Assembly: GCA_051011595.1 (NCBI GenBank)
Contig: JBPCTQ010000065.1
Location: 1-58,311 of the forward strand
Origin: Acidimicrobiales bacterium
GTDB lineage: Bacteria > Actinomycetota > Acidimicrobiia > Acidimicrobiales > SHLQ01
Reading direction: 5' to 3'
DNA length: 58,311 nucleotides
Shown: one piece after another, positions 27,985 through 36,881 of the stretch
How the letters are laid out: each line of letters opens with the position of its first letter
Numbering within the stretch: the first letter of the stretch is position 1
Notes under the pieces: generated by a model
The model's input: only the letters and a program-made list of their open reading frames with translations
What the model was told of the DNA's origin: nothing
Databases searched by the model: none
Made by a program: the position numbers and the translations under genes

Positions 27985-28656
27985 ATGACCCTCACCAAGA
28001 CCCAATTCGTGGCCATGGTCGACCACACCCTGCTGGCCGCCGACGCCACCGAGGCCGATGTCTCCGCCACGGTGGCCGACGCCATGCAGCTGCGCGCGGC
28101 AGCGGTGTGCATCAACGGCTGTTGGGTGGCTCACGCCCGCTCCCTCGTGGGTGACCAGCCGGTTGCCGTGTGCTCGGTGATCGGCTTCCCGCTGGGCGCG
28201 GGCACCAGCGAGGCCAAGGCCGCCGAGGCGCCCGACGCGGTGGCCAACGGTGCCAGCGAGATCGACATGGTGGTGAACCTCGGACTTCTTCGCGACCGGG
28301 CCCAAGAGCAGGTCGTCGCCGACATCGCCGCTGTGCGGGCTCGACTGTCCGGCGACGTGACCCTGAAGGTCATCTTGGAGACCGCCATCCTCTCCGACGA
28401 GGAGATCGTGGCCGGATGTCAGGCCGCGGAGACAGCCGGTGCCGACTTCGTGAAGACCTCGACGGGATTCCATGCGGCCGGAGGAGCCAGCACCCACGCG
28501 GTCGAGCTGATGGCCCACACCGTCGACGGCCGGTTGGGGGTGAAGGCATCGGGCGGCATCCGAACCCTGGCCGACGTGGTGAGCGTGGTCGACGCCGGCG
28601 CCACCCGCCTGGGTATGAGCGCAACTCTGGCCGTGGCCGCCGAGTTGGGCACCTGA
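27985..28656 (+). CDS. deoC: deoxyribose-phosphate aldolase
   Basis: ORF track 223 aa. VDHTLL, SVIGFPLG, EIDMV, LKVILET, the Schiff-base Lys context DFVKTSTGF, and KASGGIR. Confidence 0.9.
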   Translation: MTLTKTQFVAMVDHTLLAADATEADVSATVADAMQLRAAAVCINGCWVAHARSLVGDQPVAVCSVIGFPLGAGTSEAKAAEAPDAVANGASEIDMVVNLGLLRDRAQEQVVADIAAVRARLSGDVTLKVILETAILSDEEIVAGCQAAETAGADFVKTSTGFHAAGGASTHAVELMAHTVDGRLGVKASGGIRTLADVVSVVDAGATRLGMSATLAVAAELGT

Positions 28657-29727
28657 TCAGGGAACGTCGGCGCCGCAGGTGGTGAGATATGTCAGCTCGC
28701 CGTCGAGCACCGGAAGATGACCGGCGTTGGTGATGTCGTCACCCTCGAAGGTGGTGAAGACAGCGGTGAAGGGCACGGCCTGATCGAAGTCGATCGGTCC
28801 CTGCGGCCCGGCCAGGTCGAAGGGGCCGGGAGGACCGACGTCCACCAACTCGACGGCGGTGATCGAGCCCGCCGTGGCTTCGACGTAGTCATCACAGGTC
28901 GCCGAGCCGAAGGCATCGGGGACGGCTGGGTGCAGGTGACCCAGCAGCCACTCGACATCGTCGGCTGCATGAGCCGCCTCGAACGAGTCGAGGAAGGCGG
29001 GCACCAGCTCGGCGGGGCCGCCGCGGCCGGTGGTCGCCGCCGGGGTGGGTGGATCGAAGTCGAAACATTCCTGGTCGAACACCGGGCCCTCGTCAGGGCC
29101 GACGGGCAAGACCGTCCCCGGACCGAGGACCAGTGAGTCGAGCAGATCGGCAGCCGCATCCACCTCGTCGGCCGAGGCGAACAAGTCGAAGCTCTCGATG
29201 GCGTGATCGCCGTAGCTGTTGATGCCGAGGGGGGCGTCGAAGGCCCCGTCGATGACCTCGATGCCGATCGGGTCGCCGTTGTTCAGCGACGGCCCCTCGA
29301 CCCATATCCATCCGCCGTCGAGGCCATACACCTCGCCACGGACCCAGATTCCCGACGCCGCGTTCTGCTCGGGCACCTCCGCGTGCTCGACCGAGACACA
29401 CAGCTTCTTCAGCCCGGGTCCGAAGATCTCCTCGGGGTCAGGGATGTCCTGTCCCTCGAAGTCCGGGTCGAACTCATCGTCATCGATGCCCACGTCGCTG
29501 CGCATGTCGCTGAAGGACTGCTCGGGAATGAGGTCGCCCTCGAAGTGCTCCAGTTCGATTTCGTCCAGTTCGAGATCGTCGAGTTCTGGATCAGCCGCGG
29601 CATCGACAGCCGGGGCACCGGTCGACGGTGCCGACTGATCGTCGGCCACGAGGAGGAAGACCGCACCGGCAGCCACGAGCAGGGCCACGAGCACGATGAC
29701 GATGACGAGTGGTTTCCGTTCGGACAT
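28657..29727 (-). CDS. membrane-anchored, highly acidic extracytoplasmic hypothetical protein
   Basis: ORF track 28657..29763, trimmed to ATG 29727 (MSERKPLVIVIVLVALLVAAGAVFLLV). Asp/Glu-rich linker. No family recognised. Confidence 0.6.
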   Translation of the reverse strand: MSERKPLVIVIVLVALLVAAGAVFLLVADDQSAPSTGAPAVDAAADPELDDLELDEIELEHFEGDLIPEQSFSDMRSDVGIDDDEFDPDFEGQDIPDPEEIFGPGLKKLCVSVEHAEVPEQNAASGIWVRGEVYGLDGGWIWVEGPSLNNGDPIGIEVIDGAFDAPLGINSYGDHAIESFDLFASADEVDAAADLLDSLVLGPGTVLPVGPDEGPVFDQECFDFDPPTPAATTGRGGPAELVPAFLDSFEAAHAADDVEWLLGHLHPAVPDAFGSATCDDYVEATAGSITAVELVDVGPPGPFDLAGPQGPIDFDQAVPFTAVFTTFEGDDITNAGHLPVLDGELTYLTTCGADVP

Positions 29728-29784
29728 GAGCTCACCCCAATCCCGAATCCATCGGCACGACACCGGCGCGATTAAGGCTGGGTG

Positions 29785-30741
29785 TCAAACCGGTGACAGC
29801 GTCACACCGATCTCGGCCGCCAGCGGGGCCAGCTCGGGCGCCGCGCCGACGCCGATGCCGTCCATGAGTCGGTTCATCATCTCGAAGTTGCCGGTGACCG
29901 CCGCGGCCCGAACCGCTCCGGCCTCGCCGACCTCGGCCGTCAGCTCGGCGAGCGCCGTGGACCGTTCGTCGCGATCACGCAACACGATCGCGTCGACCAG
30001 GTTCCTGAGCTGACGGCCCGCGGCCACACCCGGGGCGGGATCGATGGACTCGTCCTTGATGGCGGCCAGATCGATCGGTGTGTTGTTGGCGTCGGCGCTC
30101 CCCCGGAGCATCAGGGCGTGACCGGTGAGTCAATAGAAGCAGTCGTTCAGCAACGAGGTGCGGGCCGCAACGAACTCGATCTGGATGCGATGAAGGTCCT
30201 TGACGAGATGCTGATCGCCCATCTCGAACATGGAGAGATAGAGCACCTCGTGGAGATCCATCAGGGCATCGGTCTCGGCCGGGACCGACGACAGCGCGGT
30301 GGGCGGAAACGGGACCCCGACGGTTGGCACCAACGCCCCCTGGATCTCGGCCTCCTCGACCACGAGCCGGGAGGGGTCGCCCGGCAACGCATCGGGCAAC
30401 TCGGGCCGATCGACTCCGATGCCGAAGAAGAAGCTGTCGATGGCGCTGATGCGGGTGACGATGGCGAGGAGCTCGACGTAGGGACCCAACGCCAGGCCTC
30501 GGGCCACCAGGTCGTCGATCCATCGCTGATCGACGTGGGGATCGACGCTCAGCCGGATGGCGGCGTCGGTCGCCGCCTGGGAAAGATCGCCTGTGGGGGT
30601 GCCGTCACCGTCACGGGCGGCTCGGGCGGTGGCCGCGATGGCGACCCTTTGCACCCCTGTCCACCACGTGCCGGCCGCCGCCAGTCTTCGCCACTCGCGC
30701 TCGAGCCCGGTGGTGTACGAAGCGTCGAGCACGATGGTCAA
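29785..30741 (-). CDS. AhpD/carboxymuconolactone-decarboxylase (CMD)-family protein interrupted by one in-frame TGA at the second Cys of CxxC-x3-H: candidate selenoprotein (CxxU) or nonsense pseudogene
   Basis: ORF-track entries 30130..30741 and 29785..30111 are in the same frame, separated only by TGA 30132-30130 and six sense codons. Read-through gives ...SLLNDCFY[TGA]LTGHALMLRGS..., which is the AhpD active-site spacing C-x-x-C-x-x-x-H. A GCUCC-GGG-GGAGC hairpin (30109-30097) starts 20 nt after the TGA. The listed start is TTG 30741; GTG 30732 is an alternative. Confidence 0.55.
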
Positions 30742-30751
30742 GGGCGGCCGA

Positions 30752-31084
30752 TCAGCTCAGATCGTCGACCCGAGCCTTGGGCCCGTCCTTCTTCACACAG
30801 GAGATGCCCTTCTCCATGGCCGGTTTGCCCGAGTACATCTGGCTCCGACCGATGGGTTCACCATTGGCCGCCAGGACCACGAAGTACGGCTTGCCGTTCT
30901 TGGCCTTGCGCCGATCGAACTGCTTGTCCTTCTTGGCGTTCACCCGAACCGACTCGATGCCCTTCTTGGCACTGGCTTTCGCCTTGTAGCGCTCGCTGGT
31001 GAGCACCACCTGGCCGTTCGCCGCCTTGAGATTGAACAGGAACTGTCCGTCTCTGGCCTTGGTCAGATCGTACTTTGCTGCCAT
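30752..31084 (-). CDS. YegP-family (DUF1508) protein, two tandem repeats
   Basis: ORF track 110 aa. Duplicated F.L.A.NG.V...S..Y......GI.SV pattern (FLFNLKAANGQVVLTSERYKAKASAKKGIESV / YFVVLAANGEPIGRSQMYSGKPAMEKGISCV). GAGG RBS. Confidence 0.85.
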   Translation of the reverse strand: MAAKYDLTKARDGQFLFNLKAANGQVVLTSERYKAKASAKKGIESVRVNAKKDKQFDRRKAKNGKPYFVVLAANGEPIGRSQMYSGKPAMEKGISCVKKDGPKARVDDLS

Positions 31085-31166
31085 GTGGCACCTCGCCCGT
31101 CGTTTGGCGGGAAGTTAGCAGACCGGCTCCGGCTCAGCCCGGGGGTCGAACGGCGCCACCCGCATC

Positions 31167-32030
31167 TCAGAGCTCGAGCAACCAGTCGACGGTCTGGTGG
31201 CGCAACGGTGTGTACTTCGACCCGAAGCTCCACGCCATGGTCTGGGCCACGGCCCACCCGATGACTCGACCGCGGTCGAGCCCGAGCGCGTCGGTGAGAT
31301 GGTCGAGGCGCCCGACTACGTCCTGGCGAGAGTGCCCGAGCTCGAAGCTCCGGATCACCGGGGCCAGGGCGAGCTCCCGTTCGCCGACGAGGGGCTTGGG
31401 GTCGATGACCAGCCACGGTTGGCGTTGGGCGGCGATGACGTTGAGACCGTGCAGGTCCTGATGCAAGAGCACCTGTTCGCCCTGGGTGGGAACGAGTTGG
31501 TCGATGTAGTCGAGAGCGGCATCGACCAGGCGTTGCTCGCAGGGCCGGTCGGCGGCCTCCCAGTCGGCCCGGAGCGTGGCCGCCCACCGCGTGGCCTCGT
31601 CGGCGAGCGAACAGAATGGGCCCGGCGGGCTGATCCATCCTCGGGGCAACAGGTCGGCGATGACCGTCAACGCCGTCTGCTGGCCCTCGGCCGCGAGGTG
31701 GGTGCCGGGATCACAGCGCTCGAGCAACAGGGCATGGCGGTCGGGGTCGTGATCGAGCAACCTGACCGCCGCTCCACCGTCCATGGCCCGCAGGGCAGCT
31801 GCTTCGTGGGTGCACTCGGGGTGAGGCCATTGCACCTTGAGGACAACCCACTGTTGTCGCTGCCGAGCCGGGGCCACGAACGACACGTTCGACAGCGGAT
31901 AGGCCTCGCCGACGTCGAGGTCCCACCGATCGGCGATGTCGTCGATCAGCCGCGGCAGGCCGGCCAGCCACGCCGCCCCTCCGGGTTCGCCGGCCAGCCA
32001 ATCGAGGCCGTCGGGAACAGCGATGGTCAT
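31167..32030 (-). CDS. aminoglycoside/hydroxyurea-resistance kinase family, APH(6)/streptomycin-6-kinase-like
   Basis: ORF track 287 aa. LLHQDLHGLNVI and PWLVIDPKPLVGERELALA match the StrB-type LHGDLHHENI / WLVIDPVGLVGE blocks as I remember them. Confidence 0.75.
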   Translation of the reverse strand: MTIAVPDGLDWLAGEPGGAAWLAGLPRLIDDIADRWDLDVGEAYPLSNVSFVAPARQRQQWVVLKVQWPHPECTHEAAALRAMDGGAAVRLLDHDPDRHALLLERCDPGTHLAAEGQQTALTVIADLLPRGWISPPGPFCSLADEATRWAATLRADWEAADRPCEQRLVDAALDYIDQLVPTQGEQVLLHQDLHGLNVIAAQRQPWLVIDPKPLVGERELALAPVIRSFELGHSRQDVVGRLDHLTDALGLDRGRVIGWAVAQTMAWSFGSKYTPLRHQTVDWLLEL

Positions 32031-32060
32031 CGACTGGTCTCGGCCATCGCCGAGTTCAGA

Positions 32061-32624
32061 TCAGATCGATCGGCCCAGGAAGGCGGCCAGCTGGTCGGCT
32101 TTGCAGGCGTCGTCGGCACAGGACTGCTCGGGACCGAACGGTGCACCTTCGGGTCCTCGGAAGCTGTCCTGAATGGCCATCTTCGACTGTTGGAGCAACG
32201 AACCAGCCAGCTCGGGGGCCAGGTCGGTGGACTGTCCGGTGGCCTTGGCCAGATCCCAGCCGTGCTGGAAGGTATCGGTGGAGGCCAGGCCCATGACCGC
32301 CATCCCCGGCATGTCGCCGAAGGGCAGGCTGACAGTGCGCTGCAACGCACCTTCCTCGGCGAAGGCCGCCAAGGCCGCACCGGTGGCCTCGTCGAACGCG
32401 GCAACGTAGTCGCCGGCGGCGTAGTCGGTGTCGCCACCGGTGGGCGGGGTTCCGGTCATGCCGGCCAGGAAGAAGTGCTGACCACCCACGATGTGGTTGA
32501 TGAGCTCGCTCACATCCCAGGCGGCGCAGGGGGTGTCGGCATCGAGTTGGTCGGCCTGGACGCCGGCGAGCACCGAGCGGGTGGCGGCAACTGCTTGTTC
32601 GTAGGGCTGGGTGCTCATCGTCAT
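32061..32624 (-). CDS. DinB-like / TIGR03086-type (mycothiol maleylpyruvate isomerase N-terminal domain) protein
   Basis: ORF track 32061..32786, trimmed to MTMSTQPYE (ATG 32624; ATG 32618 has better spacing to GGAG). TPCAAWDVSELINHIVGG and GWDLAKATGQ are typical of the family. Confidence 0.75.
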   Translation of the reverse strand: MTMSTQPYEQAVAATRSVLAGVQADQLDADTPCAAWDVSELINHIVGGQHFFLAGMTGTPPTGGDTDYAAGDYVAAFDEATGAALAAFAEEGALQRTVSLPFGDMPGMAVMGLASTDTFQHGWDLAKATGQSTDLAPELAGSLLQQSKMAIQDSFRGPEGAPFGPEQSCADDACKADQLAAFLGRSI

Positions 32625-32700
32625 CTCCAAAGGATCGGCCCGATCGTGGGAGCCGCAGCATAGTTGAACGGTTCGGCCGACCAACAGGGAGCGGCGGTCA

Positions 32701-35028
32701 TCAGGGCGCCAGGCAGGGGGCCTCGTTGCACACATCGATGAGCACACCGTCGAGCTGCAAGAACGCACTCTTCTGGAGTCGGGCACTCACCTGATGGCGC
32801 GGGTTGGCGTGGGGATCGACCCCGTAGTCGGGGGGCCGGGGCGGCACGTTGGTGATGGGGGGATGCGGGTTGCCGCTGTCCCACACCACCAGCGCCGAAC
32901 CGCCGAAGGGATACGACGGCACCGGCGGAATGCCGAAGAATGGGTCGACATCGCTGTGGCGTCCCGGCGCCAGGCCCGGGCTGACCAGATGGGCGCCGAT
33001 GGTTCGGGCCTCGACCTCGGTGGCCACGTTGGCCACCTGATGATCACCGAACGCTTCGTGCAGGATCACCCGGTGCGGCGGCGTCCCCGGGTAGGGGTCG
33101 TCGGTCATGTGGTGGGCATACCCGTTGGCTTCGCCCCGGTCCCACAGCATCTGGATGATGCTCAATCCGACGGCGCGGTCGATCTCGTCGGGATAGCTGG
33201 GGTTGAGCAGCAGGGCGTACACGTCGAAGTCGACACTGCGGCGCAGCAGCGTGGAGTAGTTCATACCCGGTACCCCGAGCGCGGCCGACGTCCACTCCGT
33301 CGACACGGCCGTGGCGGCACCGCCGATGATGCCGCCCTGGCTGATCCCCTCGAAGTAGACCTCACCGGGAACCAAGACCGAGCTGTCCGAAGCCCCCGCT
33401 CGAAAGGCCGGGTCGCTGGCGAACCCGTTGGGATCCTTCAACAGTCGGCCCAGGAACAACGTGTTGAGAATGCCTTGTTGGACCCGATCAGCCAGCGTCG
33501 GGAACCCGGACAGATCGGTCAACAGCGTCGCCACATGGGGAATGTCCTCCGAGGCCATCCCGATCCAGTCGGTGCCGCAGTAGGTCATGTTGGACTCGTT
33601 GGCCATCGACCGCTGACTGAACGAGTTGGTCTGCTGGTACTCACCCAACAGGCCGTGGCCGTACACCGTGCCGCGCGAGGGAGTGACCGGGTCGGCACCG
33701 TTGTTGGAGGCCGACCGGGGGATGTTGCACACGAATCGCGCCGTATAGGTGCCGTTGCGGACGGGCAGGGCATCAACATCGGTGGATCCGCCGTATTCGA
33801 ACCGGGATCCGGGAAGGCCGTCGCCGGTGAGATAGAGCGGGACCTCGAACAATCCCCACACCCGCCGCTGGATCAGCGAGTCGGCCTCGTCCTGGACTGC
33901 CGTCACCGAGAAGTTCGGCGCCGCTCCGTCCAGCGAGGCGAAGGCGTCGTCTCGGATGTGCAACATGCGCTCGGACAAGTTGCGTTCGCTGGCCACGGTG
34001 AAGTCCCACGCCAGGTAGAGCTCGTTGCGCTCGACGCCGGCGCGACGAAGGGTGCCGAAGAGACGTTCCACCGCCGGGCGCCGCGCCTCGATGGCCGGCT
34101 CGAAGGTGGGAATCCGGTCGCGGTAGAGCCGGAAGGCCCGGGACGGCTCGATCGCCTGACCGTCGCCGTCGACCAGGTTGCGCAGGGCCACCACGTAGCG
34201 CCGCCCCTCCTCGAAGTTCACTCCCGGCCGTATGAACAACACCCGGGTGTCGTCGGAGGTGGCGTTGCTGTCCAGCTCGGCCCAGTGCAGATGCTGAGCG
34301 CCGGTGACCGTGTCGATGATCACGATGGGCGAGTCGGGGTCGAGCGACCGCTCGATGTCGGTGATGGGTGCCATCTGGCTGGCGGCCGGATCGAGCCCCG
34401 GCACCTTGGTGACGATGGCCGACCCGGGACTGAATCCGTCGTTGCGGTTGAGCTCGGTGGGGTCGACGGGATCACCATCGACGTTGGTGGGCATCGCCGC
34501 AGCCACGAAGTCGACCCGCCGGCCGGTGTCGGAGGTCGGGTCGCGGCGGGTGAAGTGATCGTTGGGGAACGGCAGCACGCAGCGGGCGGGATCGAGTGGG
34601 TCACACCCTTGCTCGGTCTCGACATCGGGCTCCCATGACCAGGTGGTGGTGGCGACCTTCGGCGACAGCGAGCCGTTGGACCGCCAGGCCAGCACCACCA
34701 GCTTCGCCACCCCGGGTTCGGTGGTCGACAGGGTGGCGCTCGTGCGGCGACCGTCGAGGACGAACTCGTCGGTGACCTCGCGCCAGTTCCCCTGCGGCGT
34801 GCTGCCGGTCCGCAGGTAGGCCAGGAACGAGTCGGCGTCGATGGTGCGCTTCAACCGCACCTCGACCTCGACGTCGCCGTCGCCCTCGATCTGGGTGGCC
34901 GGCGCCGGATCGAGGATCCGCACCGGTGCACCGCCACGACCGGGATCGGCGTCGAGCACCGTCACCCAAGTGCAGCCCGAGGCCAGTACGGCCAGGGCTG
35001 CCACAACGGTCACGAGTCGCCTGCGCAT
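32701..35028 (-). CDS. large secreted lipoprotein of unknown function
   Basis: ORF track 32701..35472, trimmed to ATG 35028 behind GGGGGAG. Lipobox LASGC. About 775 aa with good GC3 bias throughout. Family not recognised; a hydrolase fold is only a guess. Confidence 0.7.
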   Translation of the reverse strand: MRRRLVTVVAALAVLASGCTWVTVLDADPGRGGAPVRILDPAPATQIEGDGDVEVEVRLKRTIDADSFLAYLRTGSTPQGNWREVTDEFVLDGRRTSATLSTTEPGVAKLVVLAWRSNGSLSPKVATTTWSWEPDVETEQGCDPLDPARCVLPFPNDHFTRRDPTSDTGRRVDFVAAAMPTNVDGDPVDPTELNRNDGFSPGSAIVTKVPGLDPAASQMAPITDIERSLDPDSPIVIIDTVTGAQHLHWAELDSNATSDDTRVLFIRPGVNFEEGRRYVVALRNLVDGDGQAIEPSRAFRLYRDRIPTFEPAIEARRPAVERLFGTLRRAGVERNELYLAWDFTVASERNLSERMLHIRDDAFASLDGAAPNFSVTAVQDEADSLIQRRVWGLFEVPLYLTGDGLPGSRFEYGGSTDVDALPVRNGTYTARFVCNIPRSASNNGADPVTPSRGTVYGHGLLGEYQQTNSFSQRSMANESNMTYCGTDWIGMASEDIPHVATLLTDLSGFPTLADRVQQGILNTLFLGRLLKDPNGFASDPAFRAGASDSSVLVPGEVYFEGISQGGIIGGAATAVSTEWTSAALGVPGMNYSTLLRRSVDFDVYALLLNPSYPDEIDRAVGLSIIQMLWDRGEANGYAHHMTDDPYPGTPPHRVILHEAFGDHQVANVATEVEARTIGAHLVSPGLAPGRHSDVDPFFGIPPVPSYPFGGSALVVWDSGNPHPPITNVPPRPPDYGVDPHANPRHQVSARLQKSAFLQLDGVLIDVCNEAPCLAP

Positions 35029-35464
35029 CGGTCCGCTCCCCCACTCGCCGATGCGACTGACTGTACCGGAGGGTCCCGATCGGGCGCCACGGGGCGGGCG
35101 AACCTGTGGTGGGCACGAATGAGTCGCCGGCTCTGGTGGAGGAACTGATCGGGATTCGCCTCGACGAAGGCGACCAGCAGCTCGCGAGAGTGCTCGTCGG
35201 CGTCGTAGTACCGGCCCGTCTGCTGATCCATGAAGCCCAACTCCCGCTCGGAGAGCTCGTCGAGACGCTGGTTGCGTGGGGAGCATCGGCGCGAGCAGCT
35301 TCATCGGACTCCTCAATGTGGACGAAATTGCCGGCCGACCTCCACACAGACCGTCTCTTGGGCAGTGGCGGCCGCCCGGTGGATCAGCGCAGGCACAGGG
35401 GCGCAGAGCCATGTTCTCGGGCGCGTCACGAGAAGTTCGAGAATCGTTGGAATCGACTTGTGTA

Positions 35465-35480
35465 TCGAACATATGTTCGA
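35465..35480. promoter_or_regulatory. LexA (SOS) box TCGAACATATGTTCGA
   Basis: Perfect match to the actinobacterial/Gram-positive SOS-box consensus TCGAAC-N4-GTTCGA. It is embedded in a perfect 22-bp palindrome, 35462-35483. It ends 12 nt upstream of the HNH gene ATG and overlaps a TATGTT -10-like hexamer. Confidence 0.75.
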
Positions 35481-35492
35481 TACCGTGAAGGC

Positions 35493-36743
35493 ATGGAATC
35501 AGCCACCGTCGAACAGAGCGTGCAGGAGGCGCACGAGCAGCTGATGGCTGCGTCCGCTCTGCTCGCTCATGGCGACACAGATGCCGACGGCCTCGAGCCG
35601 CTGGTGAGTTCGATCCGCCAAGTCGAACGCGACTGCGCCGGCCTGCTGGTCGCCGTCGCCCGGTTGGCCGACCAGGCCGGTCGGTCGGCTGAGGTCGTCC
35701 TGGCCGATCACGACAGCGTCACGTCGGCCCGGGTCGCCGCCGATGTGGCTCGGGCCGAGATGTCTGGTCGGTTCCCCGAGCTGGGCGAGGCGATCCGTGT
35801 CGGGTCGGCTCGACCCGACAACGTCGACGTGCTGGCCCGCATGTGCGACCGCATGACCGACGCCGAGATCGGTGTCCTGATCCAATCGGACAACCGCATC
35901 GCCGACGCGGCCGGCCGGCTCCGGGTCGACAGCTTCCGGCGCCGCGTGCATCGGCTGCGTGACCGCATCCGAGCCGACCACGGCGACACCGCTGCCGAGC
36001 AAGCATCGAAGGAGACCATGGCCAGTGTCTGGCCCAGCCGAGACAGCCAGACCTACAGGCTCGCGGCCGTGCTCGATCCGCTCCAGGGCGCCGCCGCCCA
36101 CCAAGCCCTCCGCCACCAATGCCGAGTGCTGGCCGAGCAACTCGGACCCGACCACGGACTCAGCGCCGATCAGATCGCCGCCCAAGCCCTCGTCGACTTG
36201 ATGGTGCGTGGCGCCAACACCGAAGCGACCCACGACAACACCATGCCGGTCGTGCACCTCGACGTGCTCACCGACGGCTCGACACTGGTCGCTGGCTCGC
36301 ATGACCACACGATCGCCGAGACCAGCGACGGCCTCCCGGTTTCGCCCGGCACCATCGGCCGGCTGGCCTGCGACTGCGTCGTCCGCCGCATCGACACCCT
36401 GCCCGACGGCCGAGTCAACGTGTCCCGCTCAGCGCGGACAGCCACATCCGCCCAACGATCCGCCCTCCGCGCCCTCTACCCCGGGTGTGCCATCTCCGGC
36501 GCCCCCTGGTCGCAACTCGAGATACACCACGTCGTGTTCCGCGAACACGGCGGCCCCACCAGGCTCGACAACCTCATCCCCCTCTCCAGACGCTGGCATC
36601 ACCGCATCCACGACGACGGCTGGCGCCTCGTGCTCGACACCGACCGCCGCCTCCGTCTCTACCAACCCGACGGCACCCTCCACCTCGACCTCCCCCCACC
36701 CACTCCCGTCCTCTCCCAGGCGGACACCACCCTCGCCGCCTGA
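35493..36743 (+). CDS. DUF222 + HNH endonuclease protein (mycobacterial REP13E12-like family)
   Basis: ORF track 35106..36743, trimmed to ATG 35493 (MESATVEQ). C-terminal HNH block CAISGAPWSQLEIHHVVFREHGGPTRLDNLIPLSRRWHHRIHDDGW. Confidence 0.85.
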   Translation: MESATVEQSVQEAHEQLMAASALLAHGDTDADGLEPLVSSIRQVERDCAGLLVAVARLADQAGRSAEVVLADHDSVTSARVAADVARAEMSGRFPELGEAIRVGSARPDNVDVLARMCDRMTDAEIGVLIQSDNRIADAAGRLRVDSFRRRVHRLRDRIRADHGDTAAEQASKETMASVWPSRDSQTYRLAAVLDPLQGAAAHQALRHQCRVLAEQLGPDHGLSADQIAAQALVDLMVRGANTEATHDNTMPVVHLDVLTDGSTLVAGSHDHTIAETSDGLPVSPGTIGRLACDCVVRRIDTLPDGRVNVSRSARTATSAQRSALRALYPGCAISGAPWSQLEIHHVVFREHGGPTRLDNLIPLSRRWHHRIHDDGWRLVLDTDRRLRLYQPDGTLHLDLPPPTPVLSQADTTLAA

Positions 36744-36881
36744 CCCAAACCACCCACTTCCCCCCAAACCACGACAAGACCGACGGCTCGCACCCGCACA
36801 GGGCACTGCCAGTCCCGGCACCGCACCTTGACAACCGAATACCCGGGCCGGCCCGACCTGACCGCCCCCGTGCGGCCAAGC

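Noticed and set aside
27871-28518. N-terminal 216-aa extension of the cyclase-STAND ORF (track 25210..28518).
   Set aside because: The extension is antisense to the well-supported deoC gene, and the cyclase domain begins right at MAGNLPTG (ATG 27870). Similar trimming was applied to 4215, 7131, 8690, 8638, 16521, 19162, 22930, 25397, 35472, 35106, 37853, 40484, 43888, 43809, 55492 and 57140.
35220-35401. An apparent one-base discrepancy. My hand translation of the printed lines 35221-35400 is shifted by +1 relative to the ORF-track proteins: an extra c at the 35220/35221 boundary and one g fewer at 35400/35401.
   Set aside because: Three independent ORF-track frames agree with each other and with flanking lines, so I treat it as my reading limit rather than a frameshift in the DNA. 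Coordinates quoted inside 35221-35400 may be off by 1.
35493-36743. Calling the DUF222-HNH locus a mobile element.
   Set aside because: I could find no terminal repeats, integrase, transposase or target-site duplication in the flanks. It is kept as a CDS with a note on its selfish-element relatives.
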